Origin: an uncultured Bacteroides sp.
Lineage (GTDB): Bacteria; Bacteroidota; Bacteroidia; Chitinophagales; Chitinophagaceae
NCBI GenBank assembly: GCA_902168085.1
Contig: CABHOP010000078.1
Location: 33-64,032, forward strand
Reading direction: 5' to 3'
Length of the DNA stretch: 64,000 nt
This document shows, one piece after another, positions 17,613 through 27,744 of this stretch. Within the stretch, counting starts at the first letter, position 1. Each line of letters begins with the position of its first letter. Under the pieces are notes generated by a model, which worked only from the letters and a program-made list of their open reading frames with translations, did no database searches and was not told where the DNA came from. A program made the translations under genes and the position numbers.

Positions 17613-18746
17613 TCAACGCCTTAGTATGATGCGGAAGGTAGTACCCTTGCCTGCTTCTGTTTGCTTTACAAACAAAGAACCATGGTGGTATTGCTCTATA
17701 ATACGCTTGGATAAAGACAAGCCTAAACCCCAGCCGCGCTTCTTAGTAGTATAGCCGGGTGTAAATATCTTCTTCACCTGGTGCCTGGCCATCCCTTTAC
17801 CGGTGTCCGATACATCTACCCATACCTGCTGCTTCTGGTCTTGTATACGCACTTCTATTTCCCCCTTCCCATCCATAGCATCCAGCGCATTGCGCATCAG
17901 GTTCTCTACTACCCAGTCGAACAATGGGCCGCTGATATTTACCGGTACTTCTTTATTATCTGTCTGCAGGCTGATGTTCACTTTATTGGGCGAACGCTTT
18001 TGCATATAGTCCACCATATTCTGCATGCGTGCTACCAGGTCTTCTTCTTCCAGTTGTGGCGCGCTACCTACTTTGCTAAACCTATCGGCCACCAGTTTCA
18101 GCCGATCCAGGTCTTTTTGCATTTCAACCACGGCTTCGTTATTGCTTTCGGTATCCTTCAGCAGTTCCAGCCAGCCTTCCATAGAACTGAGCGGCGTGCC
18201 CAACTGATGTGCTGTTTCTTTAGACAGGCCTACCCATACCTGGTTTTGTAGCGAGCGGTGCGCCGAGCTGAGTGCTATCAATACTACTATCAGAAACAGT
18301 ATGATGATGGTAAGCTGCACATAAGGATAATATCTTAGCTGTTGCAGCAAAGACGATTCGCCATAGTACACATATTGCTGCCCGAAATCGTAATTGAAAA
18401 TAATAGGTGGGTGCAATTCCTTAAACTCGGCCAGTTTGTGTTGCAGGTAAGCATTATCTTTCTCTATTTTGTTGCTGTCAAGATTTTTATAATCCTGCAC
18501 TACATCCTTGTCATCGCTTAATATCAGGGGGATGGTCTTGTTCTGACCTATGGCTATAGAGGCATATTGCTGTGTGGCGGGATCGGTACTGTATTGCAGC
18601 TTCAGCACCTCCACCAGTTGCTCTACATTTTTCCGTTCTTCATGGGCCAGGTTGGCTGCCAGCCTGTTGGTATAGTAGAGCGAAGCTGCCACTATACACA
18701 TAGCAATTATTATTAAATAGTTTTTCCAGTTAAGATATTGACGCAT
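17613..18746 (-). CDS. Sensor histidine kinase (no adjacent response regulator)
   Basis: Two TM segments, ETAHQLGTPLSS (H box), ENLMRNALDAM, DTGKG and FTPGYTTKKRGWGLGL. Confidence 0.93.
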   Translation of the reverse strand: MRQYLNWKNYLIIIAMCIVAASLYYTNRLAANLAHEERKNVEQLVEVLKLQYSTDPATQQYASIAIGQNKTIPLILSDDKDVVQDYKNLDSNKIEKDNAYLQHKLAEFKELHPPIIFNYDFGQQYVYYGESSLLQQLRYYPYVQLTIIILFLIVVLIALSSAHRSLQNQVWVGLSKETAHQLGTPLSSMEGWLELLKDTESNNEAVVEMQKDLDRLKLVADRFSKVGSAPQLEEEDLVARMQNMVDYMQKRSPNKVNISLQTDNKEVPVNISGPLFDWVVENLMRNALDAMDGKGEIEVRIQDQKQQVWVDVSDTGKGMARHQVKKIFTPGYTTKKRGWGLGLSLSKRIIEQYHHGSLFVKQTEAGKGTTFRIILRR

Positions 18747-18840
18747 CGAGGCCTTTAAATAACGAAATCAGGGTAAAAATATTATGATTTTGAGGGAATA
18801 ACTATTATTTTTGTCCGCGGAAATTATCATTTTCAACAAC

Positions 18841-19068
18841 ATGCAACACAACCAGGAACATAATTTGGGCCAACACGCAGATTTGGACAACCCAGCTGAT
18901 ATAGAACTGAGCAAACCGTCTAAATCGCGTTTCTTATTCCTGCTTTTCTTCTTCGGCATATTCATCTTCTCTTGGGCAGGCTGTTACAACCTGTACGAGC
19001 ACAAGTTTAAGAAGAATGCTGACGTTGTAGCTCCAGACAATACGCTTTACGATCCTAAGTATAAATAA
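18841..19068 (+). CDS. Small single-pass membrane protein
   Basis: Hydrophobic FLFLLFFFGIFIFSWAG; probably co-transcribed with the GT2 gene. Start uncertain (18811 or 18841). Confidence 0.6.
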   Translation: MQHNQEHNLGQHADLDNPADIELSKPSKSRFLFLLFFFGIFIFSWAGCYNLYEHKFKKNADVVAPDNTLYDPKYK

Positions 19069-19085
19069 TCATTGTTCATAGGGCA

Positions 19086-20135
19086 ATGATTAACTGCACA
19101 CAAGATACGGCCGTAGTTATACTCAGCTATAATGGCCGTAAGTGGCATGAACTATTCCTGCCGCTCATTGTGTCAGAAGCACATACGGGGTACGATGTAG
19201 TAGTGGTAGATAATGCATCTACCGACGATACGCTGCAATACGTACAAGAAAATTATCCCACCGTTCATACGCTGCAGATAGCTGTGAACCGTGGGTTTTC
19301 TAATGGCTATGCCGAAGCTTTAAAGCAGATACAGGCTAAATACTATGTATTGCTTAGTGCCGATTTTGAAGTAACCACCGGCTGGTTTCCTCCGCTTATC
19401 AATGCTATGCACCGATACCAGGGCCTGGCTGCCTGCCAGCCCAAAATACGCTATTGGAAAGACCGCGAATTCTTTGAATATGCAGGTGCTGCAGGTGGTT
19501 TCAAAGATAAGTACGGCTATATGTTTTGCCGCGGCCGCATCTTTAACGAGCTGGAAAAAGACAACGGGCAATACAACGACGATATTGAAATATTTTGGGC
19601 ATCCGGCGGCTGCCTGATGGTACGCGCCGACTTATATCATAAAGTAGGTGGGCTGGATCCCGATTTTTATGCACACATGGAAGAAATAGACCTATGCTGG
19701 CGCCTGAAAAATGCGGGCTATAAAATAGGCTATATCGCCGGCTCTACCGTATACCATGTGGGCGGCAGTGTTATCAGTTACGGCAGCCCGCAAAAGCTGT
19801 ATTACAATTTTAGAAACAGTCTGATATTATTACTTAAGAACGAGAAAGCTGCTACCCTGCTATGGCTCTTTCCGTTGCGATTGATGCTGGATGGTGTTGC
19901 CGGCGTGCATATGCTGCTGGGTGGCAAGGTGAAGGAAATGTTCATCATCATCAAGGCACATCTTCACTTCTACGGCAGCCTGGGCAAATGGCTGGGCCGG
20001 CGCAAAGAAGCTAACAAAAATATCACCCATCGCAATGAAGCGGGGCTGTATAAGCGTAGCATCGTATGGCAATTCTTCGCCCTGCGCAAACGCATTTTCA
20101 CTAAACTGAACTGGACACCTGAAAGGCTTAGCTAA
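19086..20135 (+). CDS. Glycosyltransferase family 2
   Basis: VVILSYNG, VVDNASTD, WASGGCL and AHMEEIDLCWR. Confidence 0.92.
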   Translation: MINCTQDTAVVILSYNGRKWHELFLPLIVSEAHTGYDVVVVDNASTDDTLQYVQENYPTVHTLQIAVNRGFSNGYAEALKQIQAKYYVLLSADFEVTTGWFPPLINAMHRYQGLAACQPKIRYWKDREFFEYAGAAGGFKDKYGYMFCRGRIFNELEKDNGQYNDDIEIFWASGGCLMVRADLYHKVGGLDPDFYAHMEEIDLCWRLKNAGYKIGYIAGSTVYHVGGSVISYGSPQKLYYNFRNSLILLLKNEKAATLLWLFPLRLMLDGVAGVHMLLGGKVKEMFIIIKAHLHFYGSLGKWLGRRKEANKNITHRNEAGLYKRSIVWQFFALRKRIFTKLNWTPERLS

Positions 20136-20184
20136 AGCCGCACTCACCGCCTTTCAGCAGTATAACCTCCATTACCTAAAATCA

Positions 20185-20214
20185 TTTACCGACCATTAAG
20201 CGCCGTTTACCGAC
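20185..20214 (+). promoter_or_regulatory. Candidate LytTR-binding direct repeat
   Basis: TTTACCGAC at 20185 and at 20206: a 9-bp repeat with a 12-bp spacer, upstream of an operon that ends in a LytTR regulator. Confidence 0.65.
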
Positions 20215-20301
20215 GCTGCTTCCTGCTTTACCTAATACGGTTTTAGCGGCTGGTGTTGTGGTTATACTTTTACATCATAAAGTTTCAAAAAAGGAATTGA
20301 C

Positions 20302-21036
20302 ATGAGAAGACATTTTGATAATCCAGAACAGTGGCGCCGCAAGCAAAAAGGCGACAAGATATGGTTCGGATTGGCCCTGGCGGCTTTGGGTATATTCCTT
20401 ATGCTTAAGAAAATGGGGCTGTTCTTTTTCGACTGGCACTCTTTCTGGCCTATCATCCTTATCGCAGTAGGTTTGTTAATAGGCGTAAAAAAGAAATTCC
20501 GGAACCATGCATGGTGGATACTGATACTGATAGGTGGCGCACACCTGGTACCTGAATTCATGATAGGCGATACATCATCTTCCAGCCTCGTATTCCCGCT
20601 GGCACTGGTGATAGGCGGTATTGCCATTGCATTCCGGTCGCGCAAGAATAGCAAGATGTGCGAAAACCCCATGCAGGTAGTAACCAATACCGATAATGAC
20701 CTGAACATAGACGTAACATTTGGTGGGCGAAAAGAAATCATCACATCCAAAGAGTTTAAGGGCGGTTCCGTAAGTGCCACATTTGGCGGCGTAGAAGTGA
20801 ATATGATACAGGCAGACAGTACTGTGCAGCCAATGGTATTGAACATGAAGATATCCTTCAGTGGCGCAGAGCTTATTGTACCATCGCACTGGGATGTGCA
20901 GAATGAAATATCGCCGTCATTCGGCAGTGTAGAAGACCATCGTGGCCTGCGCACACAGCAGGCGGGCGAAGACAGGAAAGTGCTGATACTGCGTGGCAGC
21001 TGCAACTTCGCAAGCATTGAGATCAAATCATATTAA
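20302..21036 (+). CDS. LiaF-like cell-wall-active antibiotic response membrane protein (DUF5668/DUF2154-like)
   Basis: Four TM helices with WPIILIAVG; C-terminal FGG...FKGGSVSATFGGVEV...VPSHWDV...FGSVED. Confidence 0.82.
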   Translation: MRRHFDNPEQWRRKQKGDKIWFGLALAALGIFLMLKKMGLFFFDWHSFWPIILIAVGLLIGVKKKFRNHAWWILILIGGAHLVPEFMIGDTSSSSLVFPLALVIGGIAIAFRSRKNSKMCENPMQVVTNTDNDLNIDVTFGGRKEIITSKEFKGGSVSATFGGVEVNMIQADSTVQPMVLNMKISFSGAELIVPSHWDVQNEISPSFGSVEDHRGLRTQQAGEDRKVLILRGSCNFASIEIKSY

Positions 21037-21086
21037 TCAATCTTATCCTTTGCAAAGGGGATATATAAACTACAAAATGGTGTATT

Positions 21087-21422
21087 ATGAAAGCCTACAC
21101 TGCACAAATAATCTACAGAATAAAATGCGATGGTGTTTCTACAGAACAGTATGAAGAGCAATGGCGCCTGGTTTATGGTAACGATATGCGCGATGCACTG
21201 TTCCAGGCACGTGTGGTAGCAAAAGAAGAAGAAGCTACATTTGTGGACCGTCACGGGCGTACCGTTGCATGGGAACTTATAGCAGTTAAAGACCTGCAGG
21301 AAATAAAAGTACAACACGGCACACTGCTGTTTTCTGAAGTAAAAGAAGTTCAGCCAATAGCATCGCCTTTGTGGACAGAGCCTGCAACCGTATATACACA
21401 ACAAGCCGATAATTGCCACTAA
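21087..21422 (+). CDS. DUF4288-like protein
   Basis: YEEQWRLV...A...E...F....G..V.WE..AVKD pattern. Confidence 0.6.
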   Translation: MKAYTAQIIYRIKCDGVSTEQYEEQWRLVYGNDMRDALFQARVVAKEEEATFVDRHGRTVAWELIAVKDLQEIKVQHGTLLFSEVKEVQPIASPLWTEPATVYTQQADNCH

Positions 21423-22444
21423 TACAAAAAAATATGCGATGGGTATTGCCGCTGCTGGCCCTGCTGGTAGGCGGCATTCACCTATGCTTACTTTTTTACT
21501 TTGCAGGGTTGCCCTTCGATGTGGCACTTACAGATAGCATTGTAAATACCGGCATTCTTTCCTTGTCCGTATGGGGTATGCTGTTGGTGGTAAATGCCTA
21601 CCCTACCCGCGTGGGTGTTATCATCTATGCCATTCTTATTGGTAGTTTTTTCGCACTCTCTGCCGGTTATGCCTCATGGCAGGCTATGAGGTTATCGATA
21701 GGGAAAGACGATAGAAGCTATTATATGTGGCTGGCTAAAACGATGCCCATACGCTATATTATAAATGTGCTGATATGCGGCTGGCTGGCCACATATACAG
21801 CTATGGAAAAACAAGCGGAAGCACTGGAAAACAAATTCCTGAAACAAACGGATGCCGCTGTGCTGCACAAAGAAGCGGAACTGTATAAGCTAAGGCAGCA
21901 ATTGCAACCCCACTTTTTGTACAATAGCCTCAACTCCATCAGTGCCCTTACTATGATAGCACCTGAAAAGGCCCAGGATATGATAGGTAAGTTGTCCGAT
22001 TTCCTGCGCAGCTCTGTAAGGCGCGAGGGACAGGAGAAAATCTCTATTGTGGAAGAACTGGGCTATATAGAAGCCTATCTTTCTATAGAATCGGTACGCT
22101 TTGGCAACAGGCTGCGCGTGGAGTTTGAAAAAGAATATGCCGACGACGCACAGATACCACCATTCCTGCTGCAACCCTTACTGGAAAATGCCATTAAATT
22201 TGGCCTGTACGGTAAGACGGGGAATGTAACCATACGTGTACACATAGCACTACAGGAAGATATGCTGCATGTAAAGATCACTAATCCTTTCGATAATGAT
22301 AGCCAGCCACCAAGAGGTACCGGTTTTGGCCTGGAGGGTATCCGCCGCAGGTTATACCTGCTCTTTGCCCGTACCGACCTGCTTGAGACACATAAGGCAG
22401 ACAATACATTTATAACGACACTAAAGATACCCCAGCATGTATAA
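21413..22444 (+). CDS. LytS/YehU-type sensor histidine kinase
   Basis: QLQPHFLYNSLNSI, EELGYIEAYLSIESVRFG, LQPLLENAIKFG and GFGL. Start may be 21434. Confidence 0.93.
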   Translation: MPLIQKNMRWVLPLLALLVGGIHLCLLFYFAGLPFDVALTDSIVNTGILSLSVWGMLLVVNAYPTRVGVIIYAILIGSFFALSAGYASWQAMRLSIGKDDRSYYMWLAKTMPIRYIINVLICGWLATYTAMEKQAEALENKFLKQTDAAVLHKEAELYKLRQQLQPHFLYNSLNSISALTMIAPEKAQDMIGKLSDFLRSSVRREGQEKISIVEELGYIEAYLSIESVRFGNRLRVEFEKEYADDAQIPPFLLQPLLENAIKFGLYGKTGNVTIRVHIALQEDMLHVKITNPFDNDSQPPRGTGFGLEGIRRRLYLLFARTDLLETHKADNTFITTLKIPQHV

Positions 22445-23174
22445 GGTTATCATCATAGACGACGAACCATTGGCAAGACAGCTTGTTAGCACCTTTCTGC
22501 AACCATATAAAGAAATAGAAGTGGTAGCCGAATGTGGTGATGGTTTTGAGGGTTTTAAAGCCGTACAGGAATTGAAACCCGACCTGATATTCCTGGATGT
22601 GCAAATGCCCAAGTTGAATGGCTTTGAGATGCTGGAACTGCTGGACGAAGTACCTTCTGTAATATTTACGACCGCCTTTGATGAATATGCCATGAAGGCT
22701 TTCGAAGCACATGCTATTGACTACCTGCTAAAACCCATCAGCCGCGAACGTTTTGACAAAGCCGTTCAAAAATGGATGCAGGTAGCTACAGCCAAAAACA
22801 CGGCAACATTCGACGGAATGGTACCTACTAATGTATATGAAGGTTATCAGCACCGCATAGTGGTAAAAGACAATGGCCTTATCCGAATCATACCGGCGCA
22901 GGATATATTTTATATCGAGGCCAATGATGACTATGTAAAGATTGTAACCGATGCAGGCAGCTATTTAAAGAAAAGTACGCTAAGCCATATTGAGCAAAGC
23001 CTGGACCCGCAACAGTTTGTAAGGGTGCACCGCTCTTATCTCATCCCCATCAGCCAGCTATCGCGTATAGAGCCGTATGAAAAAGAAAGCCATATCGCTT
23101 TACTTCATTGCGGCGCTAAGGTCACCGTGAGTAAAAGCGGTATGGCTAAATTAAAAACTGTATTAGGCTGGTAG
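22437..23174 (+). CDS. LytTR-family response regulator
   Basis: IIDDEPLAR, FLDVQMP, FTTAFDEYA and FVRVHRSY. Confidence 0.95.
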   Translation: MYKVIIIDDEPLARQLVSTFLQPYKEIEVVAECGDGFEGFKAVQELKPDLIFLDVQMPKLNGFEMLELLDEVPSVIFTTAFDEYAMKAFEAHAIDYLLKPISRERFDKAVQKWMQVATAKNTATFDGMVPTNVYEGYQHRIVVKDNGLIRIIPAQDIFYIEANDDYVKIVTDAGSYLKKSTLSHIEQSLDPQQFVRVHRSYLIPISQLSRIEPYEKESHIALLHCGAKVTVSKSGMAKLKTVLGW

Positions 23175-23177
23175 GCG

Positions 23178-23477
23178 CTAAGCCCCACCACCTGCATCCT
23201 GCCTGCGTTCCAGCACATAGCGTATCAGCAGTCCCCCGCCCGCTTCACATGCATAAAACGTCAACACCTTCAGCGGATTATCCAGTAAAAACCGCTGAAC
23301 ACTTGCTACCTGAAGTGTTCCTTTATAGGTAAGCATCACAATAAAAGCACCTATAAACATGGCAGTGAGCATGGCAATGATGGTCATAAAAACCCAAAGC
23401 GCGGGCGACAAGCCTTTTCGCCTTGCAATTTTGCTGTTGCTATAAGCAAAAAAACCAAATAGTATAATATCCAGCAT
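23178..23477 (-). CDS. Small membrane hypothetical protein
   Basis: Three hydrophobic segments with ARRKGLSP; 5 bp downstream of the previous minus-strand gene. Confidence 0.65.
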   Translation of the reverse strand: MLDIILFGFFAYSNSKIARRKGLSPALWVFMTIIAMLTAMFIGAFIVMLTYKGTLQVASVQRFLLDNPLKVLTFYACEAGGGLLIRYVLERRQDAGGGA

Positions 23478-23482
23478 TCAGC

Positions 23483-24688
23483 TTATATATTTTTCATAAA
23501 CTCACTTACACTCTCCATCACATGGCTTATCTGTGCATCATTCAGGCCATGATGGCAAGCCAGCAGCATACCGCCACGCATTACCTTGTCAGACTCCGGA
23601 TAGCCATCTGCAGCAGCTTTGTGCGGATAATGTTTGAAGCCGGGTTGACGCAGGATGTTACCTGTGAACACCGTACGTGTTTGTATATTCCTTTTCTCCA
23701 GGAATATCTGCAGGTCGCGGCGAATGAATGGAGCACTTTCTCTAACCGTCACTGCAAAGGCCAGCCAGCCCGTGCGCGAATCAGGCAGTTGTTTCGGCAG
23801 TATAAAATGCTCTTCGTACTGGCTGAAGAATTCGCGCATGCGGCCATAGTTGCGTGTGCGGGTGTCTATATTATGCGCCAGGTCGTCCAGCTGCACATTA
23901 CCAAATGCTGCACCCATTTCAGATGGCTCAATGTTATAACCCGGCTCTTCAAATACGAATTTCGCATCGTAAGGGATACCCTCTATCTCCACATTGAAAC
24001 GGTTCTCTATTTTTTCTGATTCTACAAACAGGGAAGAACTGCGACCCCAGCTACGCAACAGGCGGCCACGGTCATAAAAAGCTTCTGTATTCACACACAG
24101 CATACCGCCATTACCGGCACAGTTGATAATGTGCGAACCGTAGAAGCTGGTAGTGCTCATATCAGTATAGCGGCCCGATGTTTTACCGCCTATTTCAGCA
24201 CCCAGTGTATCAGCAGAGTCTTCCAGCAGGAAGATGTTGTATTTATCGGCCAGGTCGCGCAGGGCTTTCCAGTCGGGCAGGTTCCCTATCAGGTTGGGTA
24301 TGATCATCGCCTTGGTCTTAGGCGTTATCATTTCTTCTACTTTATTTACATCTATATTGTAAGTACCTTCTTCTACATCTACAAAAGCAGGCACCCAGCC
24401 TTTCTTTACTTGTGGCGCTACGGTTGTAGAGAACGTAAGTGCAGGTGTAATGATTTCTGAACCCGGCTCATAATCCAGCAGGTCTGCCGCCAGGTATAGC
24501 GCCGAAGAACCACTATTCACCATGATACCATACTTTTTACCATACAGTGCGGCAACGCGTTCTTCCATTTTACGCACATGCTTGCCCATTTGGGTGCTGC
24601 TGCGCAATACCTGCATTACGGCTTCTATTTCCGCTTCGCCATATACGGCTTTACCGTACGGCACATGTATGTAATCTGTCTGTAGCAT
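23483..24688 (-). CDS. DegT/DnrJ fold-I enzyme, RfbH/ColD-like (His in the catalytic-Lys position)
   Basis: NSGSSAL, EDSADTLG, SFYGSHII (H instead of K), GRLLRSWGR and GYNIEP. Confidence 0.82.
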   Translation of the reverse strand: MLQTDYIHVPYGKAVYGEAEIEAVMQVLRSSTQMGKHVRKMEERVAALYGKKYGIMVNSGSSALYLAADLLDYEPGSEIITPALTFSTTVAPQVKKGWVPAFVDVEEGTYNIDVNKVEEMITPKTKAMIIPNLIGNLPDWKALRDLADKYNIFLLEDSADTLGAEIGGKTSGRYTDMSTTSFYGSHIINCAGNGGMLCVNTEAFYDRGRLLRSWGRSSSLFVESEKIENRFNVEIEGIPYDAKFVFEEPGYNIEPSEMGAAFGNVQLDDLAHNIDTRTRNYGRMREFFSQYEEHFILPKQLPDSRTGWLAFAVTVRESAPFIRRDLQIFLEKRNIQTRTVFTGNILRQPGFKHYPHKAAADGYPESDKVMRGGMLLACHHGLNDAQISHVMESVSEFMKNI

Positions 24689-24768
24689 AATATATTATAG
24701 ATGAGATTGCGAATGTAATAGTAAAGCTGCAAAATAATAAGTTAAGGCTTTCAGAAAAAGCTTAAAAC

Positions 24769-24800
24769 AAAAAAATGCCCGGCATTAACCGGGCATTTTT
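24769..24800. terminator. Intrinsic terminator
   Basis: AAAAATGCCCGG-CATTAA-CCGGGCATTTTT. Confidence 0.78.
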
Positions 24801-24824
24801 AATGGTGTATTAACGATATTAAGG

Positions 24825-27668
24825 TTAGTTCTGAACCGGTTTACCGTTCCTGTCCAGCTCTATCACTTCATAGCCCAGTTTGCTGATGCCTTCCCACACT
24901 TTAGCTTTATCACCTACCAGCACAATGTTCACGCCACCCATTTCAGGCATAGCGGCAGCTCTTAGTTTGCCAAGGTCTGCCAGTGTCATCTTGTTCAGCA
25001 CCTCTGTTTGCTTGCCGGGGTAATTGGCAGGCAGGTTGTAATCCAGTATGCGCGACAGGAATATGGCTTTCTGGAATTGAGACTCATATTTACGTGCATC
25101 GCTCTGGCCCAATGATTTTTTGGTAAATGCCAGCTCGTCTTCCGTAGGGCCTGCTTTTTTATACTCATTCCATATGCTGATGATGTCTTTCAGGGCACTA
25201 TCGGTAGCATTCGCTTTGATACCTGCACTGAAAGTATAGCTACCGGTATATTTATCCGCATCAAAGTTGGCACGGGCACCATAAGTCCAGCCTTTCTCTT
25301 CACGCAGGTTCAGGTTCAAGCGGCTATTGAAGGCACCACCAAACGGATAGTTAAGGATGCCTGATTTATAATAGTTCTCGAATGCATCATACTTCATATC
25401 GGTAACCGTACCTATCCGAAACTCTGTTTGCGCAGCGTTCGGCACATTTACAAAGTATATTTTGGTTTTAGCCACCTTTGGCGCTGCGGATAATTGTGGC
25501 AGAACTACATTCTTTTCCGGCAGTTGTTGCAGGAATGCCAGCTTCGGCAACAGTTCATCCTGCGAAACATCACCTACTACTATTATATCCATGTCTTTTT
25601 TAGACATATTGGTGTTATAATAATCTTGCACATCACTCAGCTGAATGTTGCTAACTGTGGCTTCCGTACCACCACCGGGCCAGCCTAGTATATTGTTCTC
25701 GCCATACAGCACGTTGTTATACACTACGCTCGCTACATAGTTTGGTCGCACCATAGCATTTTTTATGCCTTCTATATTGCGCTTTTTGATGTTATTGAAT
25801 GCCGCTTCTGTAAACTGCGGGCGCAGTATGCGCTCTTCCAGCAGTGCCATAGTTTTATCCAGGTTTTTGCGCAGCGAGCGAACGCTTACATCAACGCCGT
25901 CTGTACTGGCATTTACACTAATGCTGCTGCCCAGTTTATCCAGCGCTACGCTGAATGCTTCTGCGGAATAATTCTTGGTATCTTCTTCCATCATATCTGC
26001 AAATATGCTGGTAAGGCCGGCTTTGTTAATAGCGCCATTTTCCAGCAGCCTGCCGCCTTTGAAATGCAGCAGCACTGTTACTACAGGTATCTCGTCAGAC
26101 TTTGCACCTATTACATTAATGTTGCCGGGCAGTTCTTTCTTCCAGAATTCAGGCACTTTCACTACAGGGTTGTCGCCATTACCAGGTATTTTACTGCGAT
26201 CAAAGTTGTCTTTTGCTTTGTTATATTTCAGCCCGTTATAACCATAATCCGGAGCTTTATAACCATCGGTAGCAACAGTATAATTATCCGGCGCTACTTT
26301 ATCTGCATAATCTTTGGTCAGCACACTTACCACCAGGGAATGCTTGCCTTTTATATATTGATTGTACACGCGCATTACATCTTCTTTGGTAACGCTTGTA
26401 TAACGTTTCAATTCCTTGCCTATGTAGTTTGCATCACCGGTAAAAGTATAGAACGCAGCCAGCTGAGAAACTTTCCCTGACACGCTTTCCAGGCCATTGA
26501 TCGCATTTGCTTCCATACTGTTGGTAAACTTCTCAATATCTTCATCCGTTACACCGCGCTTTTCAAATTCAGCTTCGGCTTCCCTCACTTGCTTTTCCAT
26601 ATCAGCTAATGTCTGCCCGGGGAATGGTATTACACTGAATACAAATTCTCCCGCCAGTTCTGATGTGGAGTTATAAACACTCACGTTTACGGCTTTTTGT
26701 GCTTTCACCAGGTTTTTATACAAAATCGAGTTCTTGCCTTGTCCCAGTATTTCGGCCAGGCAATCCAGCGGAGCTTCGTCTTTATGATATGTAGGCACAG
26801 TAGGATATACCACGCGCAGCGATGGCAGCTTTGCATAGTTATCCTGCATAGATATATAGCGGTCTTTTTCAAGCGCTACCGCAGGCACCTTCACAGGTGT
26901 CACTTCCGGCCCTTTAGGTATCGAGCCAAAGTATTTCTCAACCAGTTTCACTACATCTTTCGCATTCACGTCTCCGCCTACGGTTACTACCGCATTATTA
27001 GGGCCATACCAGCGCAGGAAGAAGTTTTTGAGATCTTCTACATTTACCCTGTTCAGGTCTTCTATATAGCCTATTGTCAGCCATGAGTATGGGTGTCCAT
27101 ATGGATACAGATTTTTAGCGGTCACTTCGCTCACCAGTCCGTAAGGCACGTTATCATAACGCTGGCCTCGCTCGTTCTTCACGGTAGCGCGCTGCACTTC
27201 AAATTTCTTTTGTGTTACCGCATCCAGCAAAAAGCCCATACGGTCGGCTTCCAGCCATAGCATTTTTTCCAGCTGGTTGCTGGGCACTGTTTCAAAGTAG
27301 TTGGTCCTGTCACGGTTGGTAGTACCGTTCAGCGTACCGCCTGCTTCGGTTATGATTTTAAAATGTTGCTCGTCTGCTACGTTATCAGAACCCTGAAACA
27401 TCATATGCTCAAAGAAGTGAGCAAAGCCTGACTTACCTATCTCTTCCCTTGCAGAACCCACGTGGTAAGTAACATCTACATGTACTATGGGGTCTGAATG
27501 GTCTTCGTGCACCAGTACGGTAAGGCCGTTGGGCAATACATACTTTTCGTAAGGTATTACAACCTCATTCCCCTTCCTGGCTACTTTTTCTACCAGCTTA
27601 GCCTGCGCTGCTACTTGTTGTATACCCAATAATGATAGGGCATACAATGACAGTACGATACGTTTCAT
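24825..27668 (-). CDS. M16 family zinc metallopeptidase (PqqL/pitrilysin-like), exported
   Basis: Signal peptide, inverted zinc motif HFFEHMMF, NGTTNRDRTNY and RLNLNLREEKGWTYG. Confidence 0.93.
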   Translation of the reverse strand: MKRIVLSLYALSLLGIQQVAAQAKLVEKVARKGNEVVIPYEKYVLPNGLTVLVHEDHSDPIVHVDVTYHVGSAREEIGKSGFAHFFEHMMFQGSDNVADEQHFKIITEAGGTLNGTTNRDRTNYFETVPSNQLEKMLWLEADRMGFLLDAVTQKKFEVQRATVKNERGQRYDNVPYGLVSEVTAKNLYPYGHPYSWLTIGYIEDLNRVNVEDLKNFFLRWYGPNNAVVTVGGDVNAKDVVKLVEKYFGSIPKGPEVTPVKVPAVALEKDRYISMQDNYAKLPSLRVVYPTVPTYHKDEAPLDCLAEILGQGKNSILYKNLVKAQKAVNVSVYNSTSELAGEFVFSVIPFPGQTLADMEKQVREAEAEFEKRGVTDEDIEKFTNSMEANAINGLESVSGKVSQLAAFYTFTGDANYIGKELKRYTSVTKEDVMRVYNQYIKGKHSLVVSVLTKDYADKVAPDNYTVATDGYKAPDYGYNGLKYNKAKDNFDRSKIPGNGDNPVVKVPEFWKKELPGNINVIGAKSDEIPVVTVLLHFKGGRLLENGAINKAGLTSIFADMMEEDTKNYSAEAFSVALDKLGSSISVNASTDGVDVSVRSLRKNLDKTMALLEERILRPQFTEAAFNNIKKRNIEGIKNAMVRPNYVASVVYNNVLYGENNILGWPGGGTEATVSNIQLSDVQDYYNTNMSKKDMDIIVVGDVSQDELLPKLAFLQQLPEKNVVLPQLSAAPKVAKTKIYFVNVPNAAQTEFRIGTVTDMKYDAFENYYKSGILNYPFGGAFNSRLNLNLREEKGWTYGARANFDADKYTGSYTFSAGIKANATDSALKDIISIWNEYKKAGPTEDELAFTKKSLGQSDARKYESQFQKAIFLSRILDYNLPANYPGKQTEVLNKMTLADLGKLRAAAMPEMGGVNIVLVGDKAKVWEGISKLGYEVIELDRNGKPVQN

Positions 27669-27744
27669 AATTATAAATCCGTAAGATGATTTTTGTAAAT
27701 ATAACGAACTCGACAGCCTTTTGTATTATATGCTGAATTAAAAT

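Noticed and set aside
20262-21026. 254-aa minus ORF
   Set aside because: It lies fully antisense to the well-supported LiaF-like gene.
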